A DNA stretch of 64,000 nucleotides from assembly GCF_032444005.1 (NCBI RefSeq), contig NC_091284.1:535308001-535372000 (forward strand), given 5' to 3'. The stretch's first letter is position 1. Each line of letters starts with the position of its first letter. Made by a program: the position numbers and the translations under genes. Below the pieces are notes generated by a model. That model was not told where the DNA came from. It made no database searches and saw nothing but the letters and a program-made list of their open reading frames with translations. Positions 36,201-46,611 of this stretch are shown here, in pieces. Origin of the DNA: Ranitomeya imitator. Its lineage: Eukaryota.

Positions 36201-38967
36201 ATCCCTTCACGAACAAGGAATTAGCACGCAGTACCTGGAAAACCATTCTGACTTGCTTCACATGAGACTCCCAATCATCTGAGAAGATCAAAATGTCATC
36301 CAAGTAAACAATCAAGAATTTATCCAGATACTCACGGAAAATGTCATGCATAAAAGACTGAAAAACAGATGGAGCATTGGCAAGTCCGAACGGCATCACC
36401 AGATACTCAAAATGACCCTCGGGCGTATTAAATGCCGTTTTCCATTCATCTCCCTGCCTGATTCTCACCAGATTATACGCACCACGAAGAGCAATCTTAG
36501 TAAACCAACTAGCCCCCTTAATCCGAGCAAACAAGTCAGAAATCAATGGCAAGGGATACTGAAACTTAACAGTGATCTTATTAAGAAGGCGGTAATCAAT
36601 ACACGGTCTTAGCGAACCATCCTTCTTGGCTACAAAAAAGAACCCTGCTCCCAATGGTGACGACGATGGGCGAATATGTCCCTTCTCCAGGGACTCCTTC
36701 ACATAACTGCGCATAGCGGTGTGTTCAGGTACGGACAAATTAAATAAACGACCCTTAGGGAATTTACTACCAGGAATCAAATCGATAGCACAATCACAAT
36801 TCCTATGCGGAGGAAGGGCATCAGACTTGGACTCTTCAAATACATCCTGAAAGTCCGACAAGAACTCTGGGATGTCAGAAGGAATGGATGACGAAATAGA
36901 CAAAAATGGAACATCACCATGTACTCCCTGACAACCCCAGCTGGTTACCGACATAGAGTTCCAATCCAATACTGGATTATGGGTTTGTAGCCATGGCAAC
37001 CCCAACACGACCACATCATGCAAATTATGCAGTACCAAAAAGCGAATAACTTCCTGATGTGCAGGAGCCATGCACATGGTCAGCTGGGCCCAGTACTGAG
37101 GCTTATTCTTGGCCAGAGGTGTAGCATCAATTCCTCTCAACGGAATAGGACACCGCAAAGGCTCCAAGAAAAATCCACAACGTTTAGCATAATCCAAATC
37201 CATCAGATTCAGGGCAGCGCCTGAATCCACAAACGCCATGACAGAATATGATGACAAAGAGCACATTAAGGTAATGGACAAAAGGAATTTGGACTGTACA
37301 GTACCAATAACGGCAGAGCTATCGAACCGCCTAGTGCGTTTAGGACAATTAGAAATAGCATGAGTAGAATCACCACAATAGAAACACAGTCTGTTCAGAC
37401 GTCTGTGTTCGTGCCGTTCTACTTTAGTCATAGTCCTGTCGCACTGCATAGGCTCAGGTTTACTCTCAGACAATACCGCCAGATGGTGCACAGATTTACG
37501 CTCGCGCAAGCGACGACCGATCTGAATGGCCAAGGACATAGACTCATTCAAACCAGCAGGCATAGGAAATCCCACCATTACATCCTTAAGAGCTTCAGAG
37601 AGACCCTTTCTGAACAAAGCTGCTAGTGCAGATTCATTCCACAGAGTGAGTACTGACCATTTTCTAAATTTCTGACAATATACTTCTACATCATCCTGAC
37701 CCTGGCATAAAGCCAGCAGATTTTTCTCAGCTTGATCCACTGAATTAGGCTCATCGTAAAGCAATCCCAGCGCCTGGAAAAATGCATCAACATTACTCAA
37801 TGCAGAATCTCCTGGTGCAAGAGAAAACGCCCAGTCCTGTGGGTCGCCGCGCAAAAAAGAAATAATAATCAAAACCTGTTGAATAGGATTACCAGAAGAA
37901 TGAGGTTTCAAGGCCAAAAATAGCTTACAATTATTTCTGAAGCTCAGGAACTTAGTTCTGTCACCAAAAAACAAATCAGGAATCGGAATTCTTGGTTCTA
38001 GCATCGATTTCTGATCAATAGTATCTTGAATCTTTTGTACATTTACAACGAGATTATCCATTGAGGAGCACAGAGCCTGAATATCCATGTCCACAGCTGT
38101 GTCCTGAAGCACTCTAATGTCTAGGGGAAAAAAAAGACTGAAGACAGAGCTAAGAAAAAAAAATGATGTCAGGATTTCTTTTTTCCCTCTATTGGAAATC
38201 ATTGAGTGGCTCCTTGTACTGTTATGGCTGGCAATCAGGCAACACAGCGTGCAGTAATCAGCGCACATACAGAGATCTGGCAATAACCCAAAACAATAGG
38301 ACGAGCTCTGAGACGTGGAATCTCTGTAGACTGCAGTACCTGATCTATCCTCACACAACTGGAAGCAGCAGTGGATTGCGCCTACCCACTACCTATGCAA
38401 CTCGGCACTGCCTGAGGAGCTGACTAGCCTGAAGATAGAAATACAAGCCTGACTTACCTCAGAGAAATACCCCAAAGGAATAGGCAGCCCCCACACATAA
38501 TGACTGTTAGCAAGATGAAAAGACAAACGTAGGAATGAAATAGATTCAGCAAAGTGAGGCCCGATATTCTAGACAGAGCGAGGATAGCAAAGAGAACTAT
38601 GCAGTCTACAAAAAACCCTAAAACGAAAACCACGCAAAGGGGCAAAAAGACCCACCGTGCCGAACTAACAGCACGGCGGTGCACCCCTTTGCTTCTCAGA
38701 GCTTCCAGCAAAAGATAATAACAAGCTGGACAGAAAAAACAGAAAACAAACTAGAGGCACTTATCTAGCAGAGCAGCAGGCCCAAGGAAAGATGCAGTAG
38801 CTCAAATCCAACACTGGAACATTGACAAGGAGCAAGGAAGACAGACTCAGGTGGAGCTAAATAGCAAGGCAGCCAACGAGCTCACCAAAACACCTGAGGG
38901 AGGAAGCCCAGAGACTGCAATACCACTTGTGACCACAGAAGTGAACTCAGCCACAGAATTCACAACA
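33280..38967 (-). mobile_element. Gypsy C: young chromovirus LTR retrotransposon inside the PLE2 ORF
   Basis: 748-bp LTRs 33280-34027 and 38220-38967 with no difference I could find. PPT at 34028-34046. GTTTAC on both flanks (33274-33279, 38968-38973). Confidence 0.98.
34028..38088 (-). pseudogene. gag-pol: Gypsy C single-frame gag-pol (Gag, CCHC, protease, RT, RNase H, integrase, chromodomain)
   Basis: ATG at 38088 (MDIQALC...). ORFs 34744-38358 and 33907-34740 share a frame, separated by one TAA (34744-34746). RT motif reads KIALRGAYN (Asp>Ala). Confidence 0.95.
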
Positions 38968-38973
38968 GTTTAC

Positions 38974-39709
38974 ATCGAGAGACTCGTTGTTATATGATAC
39001 TACAAATACACAGGAACATGAGGTTGTCCATTTTGTCACCAAGTATCATTCCCAATTCCCACTGATGAAAAGGATCCTTGATAGATCCTGGCACGTTTTA
39101 AGGGCGGACCCTGTCATTGCACGATTTATCCCTGAGAGGGCCGGCATCGCGGTCCGACGGTCCAGGAATCTAAGGGACATGTTAGTCCATAGCCACTATA
39201 CTGGTGAGAGAGTAAATACCTTTTTGGACTCGGCTGTTTCCCGGGTGGGGTGTTCTCCCTGCGGCCGCTGTGTTGCATGCCCAAACATTGAGCGGATTGG
39301 TGTGTTCCCCAATTCAGATGGGTCGCGTGAATTTGTTATCAAGAAAAGAATTACATGTACCAGCAGGAACGTTATCTATATGGTGACGTGTCCATGTAAC
39401 AAAAGATACGTGGGGATGACCACACGCCAGCTGAAAACACGGATACGCGAGCATGTTTTGGGCGTTGGCGCGGCGGCCGCAGTGGAGGATATCTCTACAC
39501 TAAAAGCATTACCGCGACATTTTCGGAGATTCCACGGCTGCGATGCCGGTCTCCTCAGGGCTAGGGGTATTGATCTATTGGAGGTGGGGATCCGTGGAGG
39601 GGGTACTTTTCAGCGTTTGGCCCGCATGGAGTCCAGGTGGATCTGGACGTTGAACACAGTCCATCCAGCGGGCCTCAATGATAATATTAGCTATGCCCCC
39701 TTCCTGTAA
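38974..39709 (+). CDS. PLE2 linker and GIY-YIG endonuclease (3' part of the interrupted ORF)
   Basis: CGRCVACPN linker; VIYMVTCPCNKRYVGMTT...RIREH; ESRWIWTL...PAGLN. Confidence 0.92.
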
Positions 39710-40560
39710 AAGTTGGTCTGCTGGTGTCTGTGGCATCACCCTGTCGCCATTGTGTTGTTTTTATTATTTTTAACGTACTTCTTTCTTTTCTTTTCTATTA
39801 TCCTAGTTTTATGTGACCCCCTGCCTGTGTGGATACTGCTGTGGAGCTACTATACCATGATATTCTTCTATCAACATTACCAACAAGATGAATTCTTCTG
39901 ATAATCCCTTGCTCGCTTTTTGGACATTTATATATAAAAAATTCCTTTTGGATTATTATTAATGATGCCATCCACAGCTTATATGATGGTTCGACTGTGT
40001 TGCTATTGTGAGCTTAATTTGTTGTGTGTATGGATAGTGGCAGCCACTTGGCTGTTTTATCATGTGGTACTATGGCAGCCCTCTGCTTATTATAGAAGCA
40101 TGTCATCTGCGGTTGATTTAGCTTAAGATGTTATCTGGGGGACAGTGGTATCCACAGGGTGAGTGTTCATTATAGTCGTGACACTTTTACCATGGCAGTG
40201 CTTTGTTCTCTCTGTATATTAGTTTTTTCTGTATATTAATTATATTTGTTTTGTTATTTATTGTATCTCGAGCCATGGTATATCCGGTACTTGTTGCCTT
40301 GGCTTCAATATTATGACTATCACCTGCTTCATGGTTGCGGTGCGCGTCCTCTTGCTCCTCTGCGCCTGCGCCTCCCATGGGGCTGTGTTTGGACGCCTGT
40401 GATCACGTGGGGCCCCTGTGGTCTCTTCTGTCCTCATGCCGCTCTGGGATGGTGTCGGCGTCATTGTTGCTATGACGACGTGCCTCTGTTTCCGGGTCGC
40501 GGTCGGCTTACATTTCCGGGGTCACTCCTTTTTAAACTGCTTGTCACTTTACGTTGTATG

Positions 40561-40600
40561 CCCCCTGACGAAGGTTTGGTTTCCGAAACGCGCGTTGGGG
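40561..40600 (+). ncRNA. Minimal type I hammerhead ribozyme, canonical core
   Basis: CCCC-CTGACGA-A-GG(tttggttt)CC-GAA-ACGCGCGT-T^GGGG: 4-bp stem I, perfect 8-nt palindromic stem III, predicted cleavage after 40596. Confidence 0.8.
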
Positions 40601-41166
40601 CGGAGGCTCGTCCCCAGGATCGCAGTCTACTCTGTGGTAGGTAACTTTGTGCGGTGGTCTATGATATGCTATAGTCTGATTTGTGACTTGGTTTGCATCA
40701 CTATTATTATTATAATACTGCCACACTGTTTAAGGGTGTACCTAATATGAAGGTTTCTACTATGATGGCCGCAAGCTACTTATTCCGGACCGTGGCCTGC
40801 ACATAGGTTTCCTACCAATAATTATGACTAGTTTATTAGTATTTTGTGCACTATTAGTGTCTGTATAGTTTAGGGTTATTAATTTTAGTAGACTAGCGTC
40901 TCCTGGGTATGTGCCTCCTGCTATATTTTCCAATGCCTTCATAGGTGTTGCCATATCTGTATCACCTCTCTTTCACTTGTGTTCTAGTTTTTATTAAAAG
41001 GTTATTAATAAAGCATTTTTGATATGAAACCTGCTCGACCTTAGTATCATCTTTTCTTGGTGCTTTCATGTTAAATTGATGATGGGTCTATAAGTTGTCT
41101 TTTATTGATGGTACAGATTGCGGATGTATTTAGTGTACCATGTGTGTTGGCCATATAAGCTGTTAC

Positions 41167-41476
41167 CTATCTTCTCCTGGTGTAGAGCTCCAATTTGCAT
41201 GTCCAACTCGAGAGTGACCATCTTGATGGAAACAGGTAGGGGTCTGCCATCCACTGCAGAAATAAAATGCGGAGTCTCAAGAGTAACCACAGGTATCCGA
41301 AATTTGTTCACCTCCTCCTGCCGAATGAAATTACCAACGGCACCCGAGTCCACATACGCCTCCACAGACCTACGCTCAAGACCTACAGAAATCAAAGCTG
41401 AAATAGTTAGGGGTAGAGAGGAATTTGAGTCATCTAGGAAGGCCTCTCTTACCTGGCCTAGGTGGAGGAGTTTCCC
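41167..41476 (-). pseudogene. pol: Gypsy B protease (5' part of pol, -1 frame relative to gag)
   Basis: AYVDSGAVGNFI motif. Joins in frame to 30180 (LHQEKI|[19 protein letters not shown]) after removing PLE2 and one TSD. Confidence 0.9.
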
Positions 41477-42483
41477 GGCCTCTCTGGACAGGAACGCAAG
41501 AAATGATTTACCCCTCCGCAATAAAGACACAAGCCCTGCGCCAACCTCTCCCTGCGACGCTGCTCTGACAACCTAACTCGATCCACCTGCATAGGTTCAG
41601 GAGAGGAAGAAGCAGAGGACTTGACCGAGGAGGAACCAGGCACCCAAATAGTCCTAAAGGATCTCCTCTCCCTGACTAATTCCCGAGAACGCTCCTGGAA
41701 ACGTAAATCAATACGTGTGGCCAGGGATATAAGGTCCTCCAGGATAGTAGGGGTATCCCGACCTGCGAGCTCATCCTTAATCTTGGACGAGAGCCCTCTC
41801 CAAAAAGCCCCTACCAGTGCCTCGTTATTCCACCCAAGCTCAGAAGAAAGTGTCCGGAAAAGGATGGCGTATTGTCCAACAGTAAGGTTCCCCTGTTGAA
41901 GATTAAAGAGGGATTCAGTGGTAGATGCCACCCGACCTGGCTCATCAAAGACCTTACGAAATGTGTCCAGAAAAATCTGTATACTGGCAACTACCGGGTC
42001 ATCCCGCTCCCATAAGGGGTTAACCCAGGACAGAGCTTCTCCCTCGAGATGGGACACAATAAAGGCCACCTTAGCACGATCAGAGGGATATTGCTGGGGT
42101 AGGAGCTCGAAGTGTAGACGGCACTGGTTCAAAAAACCCCGACACAATTTGGGATCGCCGCTGTATCGAGGGGGCTTTCCCAAACGAGGAGGAGGAAGGG
42201 GTACAGGATCTCGATGAGAGGCAGAAGCAGCGGTGGCAGACTGAAGAGAGTGAAGGCGGTCGTCAACCGATGCCATGTAAGTAAGAATATGGGACTGGGT
42301 ATCTCGCTGCTCTGCGAGCTCCTGCTGGAGTCCCACCAGCAGAGGGGCGTTACCAGGATCCGAAGTCTGTAGGGCGGTTAAACGAGAGTCCATAGACTTC
42401 ATAACAGACATAATACGGGTCTGATTCTCCCGTAAGAACAACAACTCCTTCTGGGTTGCTGCGGAGGCACCAGCGGGGTCCAT
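41458..42483 (-). CDS. gag: Gypsy B Gag (retrotransposon gag domain and CCHC knuckle), open
   Basis: ATG at 42483 (MDPAGASAA...); PPRYSGDPKLCRGFLNQC; CLYCGGVNHFLRSC; TAG at 41458-41460. Confidence 0.92.
   Translation of the reverse strand: MDPAGASAATQKELLFLRENQTRIMSVMKSMDSRLTALQTSDPGNAPLLVGLQQELAEQRDTQSHILTYMASVDDRLHSLQSATAASASHRDPVPLPPPRLGKPPRYSGDPKLCRGFLNQCRLHFELLPQQYPSDRAKVAFIVSHLEGEALSWVNPLWERDDPVVASIQIFLDTFRKVFDEPGRVASTTESLFNLQQGNLTVGQYAILFRTLSSELGWNNEALVGAFWRGLSSKIKDELAGRDTPTILEDLISLATRIDLRFQERSRELVRERRSFRTIWVPGSSSVKSSASSSPEPMQVDRVRLSEQRRRERLAQGLCLYCGGVNHFLRSCPERPGNSST
41470..41476 (-). promoter_or_regulatory. Putative -1 ribosomal frameshift slippery site G GGA AAC
   Basis: Correct X XXY YYZ register in the gag frame, three codons before the gag stop; pol is open in the -1 frame. 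Confidence 0.85.
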
Positions 42484-43799
42484 GGCCTGATTGTACTGTG
42501 ACGATCTGACTGCATTCTGATGTAATCTGAGCGCAGTCCTATAGTGACCGTGAGGACAGAAGACTGTGACAATCTGACTGCACTCAGATGAAATCTGAGC
42601 GCAGTCCAATAGTGACCGTGAGGACGGAATAACCGGACAGAGAGTGGACCCTCTGGGTCACGGTACTGATACACCCAGGGGCGAGCGAACCCGCGATGAC
42701 AACCCCTATACAGGGATAGTTGGGGAGCAGGCCCGAGGGGAACAATACCGCAACAGCTGGCACCAAGAGGGACGGCTCTGGAAAGGACAGAAGGGAAGGA
42801 CGGAAGTAGAGGAGAAATCCTGGGAATGAAAGTAAAAGGGAGAGGGGAGGAAGGGACGAACCAAGGGAGACAGGCTGGGAAAACGGAGGGAAGACAGGAG
42901 GAGAATGAGCCTGAGAAAACGGACCAGACCGGAGCAGAAAAGGATCTGAACCAGACAGGGCCAAAACGAAGGTACAAACTGCACACAACAATCAGGCACC
43001 TCCATTATGGAGGAGAGGCCTGATATAGCCCAAAGAAGTACCTGATTGGAGGAGACAGGAGCAGGGAGGGTCAGAAATGGTTAACAGGAGGAAGAAGTGC
43101 ACGCCCGCGTCCTAAGGCGCATGTGTGGAGCAGGTACAGGACGGGAGGGAAGAGGAGCGCGCACCCCACGCCGAAATCCCCGAGCAGCAGGAAGAGGATG
43201 CGGGGAACCGGCGCAACACTGAGAGCGGCGAGGAGAAATGGAGAGAGCGGGACTGATAGGAGAAGCGGCCGCAGCATCAGAGGAGGCCGTTATGACAACC
43301 GCATAGTACTCTGTTCAATTCTTTCTTTTTAGCTAGTATGGCCTCCTATGCTAAAATCTGATTTCATATCTACGTATGTTATTTCCCTCTCCTCTCACAG
43401 TCAATATTTGTGGGGGGCTATCTGTCCTTTGGGGATTTTTTCTGAGGCAAGATAGCTTTCCTGTTTCTGTCTTTAGGGGTAGTTAGATCTTAGGCTGTGT
43501 CGAGGGGTCTAGGGAGCGTTAGGTACCCCCCACGGCTACTTTTAGTTGCGCTGCTAGGTTCAGGGTTTGCGGTCAGTACAGGGACCACCTTCTCCAGAGT
43601 ACGTCTCATGCTGCTCCAAGGCCACCAGATCATAACAGACAGCAACCTAATGTAAATGCAGCCCAAATGTTCTTTTTTGGAAGTTGTCTAAATGTCCATG
43701 CCTTACCTTCTAAACCCATTTTGTTCAGGAAATCATGTCCTACGCCTCCTGCTTCTGTAACAAGTACTTAGTTGTCATATATGCATATCCCATGTGGGT

Positions 43800-44110
43800 A
43801 ATTTTTTAAAATTTATGGAAACCTTTGTACACTGTGCAATGGGGAAACTTGTACTCCTTATCTCTACCTATTCTAATGTATTGTGAGGTCCCCATCACGG
43901 TCTCTTTCAGCGTGTATGATACAGACCCCTTGGGTAATTTTTGGAAAATTTTGCACATTGTGCAATGGTGAAACTTGCACTATCGCTATTTATACAAATA
44001 ACTGCAAAATGTATTGTGAGGTCCCCATCAAGGTCTCTTTCAGCGTGTATGATACAGACTTGTTGGGTAACTTTTGGAAACCTTTGTACATTGTGCAATT
44101 GTCAAATTTC
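43800..44110. repeat. Degenerate ~120-bp tandem repeat (ggaaacctttgtacactgtgcaat)
   Basis: Three recognisable copies. Confidence 0.7.
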
Positions 44111-45502
44111 TACTCTCAATCTTTATATATTTTATTATAATTTTTTTTGTGGTGCCCTTCTCACAGTCCCTTTAAGTGAGTATCTGGGAGACTGATGTTG
44201 ATTTTTGGGTCTGCACTTGGACATTGTGGAACATCAATGCATAGATATGCTCCACACACTTCTTCAGGTTTAGAATAATAATATGAATAATGAAACATGC
44301 TCTATATACTGTACATGATGCTAGTTCAAAAATATTACCCACATATCCCTTTATAAAGGGAAATTCAACATAATACCTCTGCTGGCAAATGCCATATACT
44401 TCTCATACACGCAGCACCCCAGTAGGTGGGCGGAATGCCTATGTACAAAACATTTGTCTGAGGGTGAAGCCACTGGCCCTTCCCCTGTGTTACATCCTTC
44501 CCAATTTGCTGTCCAGGAAGGAGGTGCTGATGCCTCTTGCCCTCAACCTACAATTGCACAGACACAAGTCAGCAACCATGTCCAGTTCGTTGTCCCAGTG
44601 TTCAGTTGTCACTTGTCAGCATATATCTCTTCCTAAATTGTTTTTCATATAGTGCATACATATCCGTTAACAGTTTACATTGTCTGCTGCTGGACAAAGA
44701 CCATTTTCCACGCTCCTAAATGAGACTTGTGTCTCTTTATTAAACTGTCGCTTCCCTTACATTTTCTAAATTTAGGTTAAAAAAAAATGTTGGTGCCATG
44801 TCTGTACATTTTAAGCACGTCTAAAAGACTGGGTTAATACGCTCCACGGACCTATACAGGCCACAGCCTTACACATATTGGAACATGGTCATTGCCACAC
44901 TAAGGCCTTTAACTGAGCTCTGTAGCACTGCCTGTCAGCTGAGTAATACACTCCACAAACCTCCTCACTCACTGTGACATATCCTGTAATTACTTTATTG
45001 TTGCTCAAAACCATGCAAAAGAAAAATTCTACCTGGTTGGGTAGCTTCCAGAAGAAGTGCGTAGGCTTGTGCAGATTGCTTAATGGCACTCCTGTCTGTT
45101 TCCCTTGAAGAGGCTACTTACAAGTAAAATGAGGCTTGTACATGTGCCTGACATGGGTTTCCGGCCTGACAGATGGACCATAATACAGGCCCTTGCTTGA
45201 ATACACTGTAGTAAGAATTTAGTTGTAATGCTTTTAGTGTCTGGTAGAATCCAATTTACTGACATTGAGCATACAGCAACCCCATCTCATGTATTATATT
45301 CACCTTACGGCGGCTTCACCCGCTATGACAGTGGCTCCATTGGGCAAAACAACAAAATAGCCGCAGACAGCACTCCGTGGTATATAGTGGTGCTCGTCCT
45401 AACTCCACAGGATCCAAGTGGAGGAGTACATACCAAAATTCAGAAGTGAAGGACAGCATCCAATCCGGGTGAAAAAGAAATAAACACTTTATTGTGCCTT
45501 AA

Positions 45503-45541
45503 ATGCGACGTTTCAACCCCATTGGGGTCTTTATCAAGCAT
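45503..45541 (-). ncRNA. Minimal hammerhead ribozyme, U3-A8 variant
   Basis: ATGC-TTGATAA-A-GACCCC(aat)GGGGTT-GAA-ACGT-C^GCAT: stem I 4 bp, stem II 6 bp, palindromic stem III. Confidence 0.8.
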
Positions 45542-46572
45542 GTATAACATTCAAAATGACGGCCTTATAAAGGAAGTGGATCACCACCACCTGAAGGATC
45601 CGCCTACAAAATTTACATACATAATAACTGGTGATCGTATTAACAATAAAAAACATATACAAAGTGAAACATACATAATTAAAATCTCATTGCATTCATA
45701 ACACATGATCACATTGTTGGCAATATTGTTCGAGCACATACTAATATACACATGTCAATGGTGAAAGGTAAATAAACAAAACTCGCAAGTCACTCGACGG
45801 CCTATCAGAGGACACATGGGGGCTATTGTGAGCGTGAGCTGCCTATCACTATACCCATAACACGCCTATCACTATACCCATAACACATCAATACTTAATT
45901 AGCCAATCCATGCCTCTGGTGAAAATCCAATCCAGGGCCCTAACCCATATCGAGCCCAAGCTTCGGAGCCAATCCAAGCTCCATAAACGCTTACATAGTA
46001 ACACCCTCTAGGCTGACTACCGTAGTGCTACATAATCGTACACAATCGTAATGGGAGCTTGTAATACTATTACCTATGTCACTATATACGATTGTGTACG
46101 ATTATGTAGCACTACGGTAGTCAGCCTAGAGGGTGTTACTATGTAAGCGTTTATGGAGCTTGGATTGGCTCCGAAGCTTGGGCTCGATATGGGTTAGGGC
46201 CCTGGATTGGATTTTCACCAGAGGCATGGATTGGCTAATTAAGTATTGATGTGTTATGGGTATAGTGATAGGCAGCTCACGCTCACAATAGCCCCCATGT
46301 GTCCTCTGATAGGCCGTCGAGTGACTTGCGAGTTTTGTTTATTTACCTTTCACCATTGACATGTGTATATTAGTATGTGCTCGAACAATATTGCCAACAA
46401 TGTGATCATGTGTTATGAATGCAATGAGATTTTAATTATGTATGTTTCACTTTGTATATGTTTTTTATTGTTAATACGATCACCAGTTATTATGTATGTA
46501 AATTTTGTAGGCGGATCCTTCAGGTGGTGGTGATCCACTTCCTTTATAAGGCTGTCATTTTGAATGTTATAC

Positions 46573-46611
46573 ATGCTTGATAAAGACCCCAATGGGGTTG
46601 AAACGTCGCAT
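46573..46611 (+). ncRNA. Minimal hammerhead ribozyme, inverted copy of 45503-45541
   Basis: Same motif on the plus strand. Confidence 0.8.

Larger units (their letters stand above)
30196..41166 (+). mobile_element. PLE2: Penelope-like element with an inverted 5' duplicate of its 3' region, inserted in Gypsy B protease
   Basis: 15-bp TSD CTATCTTCTCCTGGT at 30181-30195 and 41167-41181. Inverted arms 30196-32067 and 39193-41064. Confidence 0.93.
26359..43297 (-). mobile_element. Gypsy B: chromovirus LTR retrotransposon inserted in the 3' LTR of A
   Basis: LTRs 26359-27221 and 42497-43297. 5-bp TSD ACCGC at 26354-26358 and 43298-43302. PPT at 27222-27238. Confidence 0.97.
18876..43637 (+). mobile_element. 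Gypsy A: chromovirus (Tf1/sushi-like) LTR retrotransposon hosting nested insertions
   Basis: 5' LTR 18876-19629 (TGTTG...TAACA). 3' LTR split into 25931-26358 and 43303-43637. PPT gggggggtac at 25921-25930. GACAGC on both flanks (18870-18875, 43638-43643). Confidence 0.97.

Noticed and set aside
38088-38358. N-terminal 90 aa of the 1204-aa ORF
   Set aside because: Starts inside the LTR; the same peptide start recurs at 33218-33418. The Gag-like start is the ATG at 38088.
42484-42609. Upstream extension of the Gypsy B gag ORF
   Set aside because: Lies in the LTR 68-bp repeats and PBS; ATG 42483 is the plausible start.
44400-45330. Possible transposase remnant
   Set aside because: No frame gave a motif I could assign with confidence.
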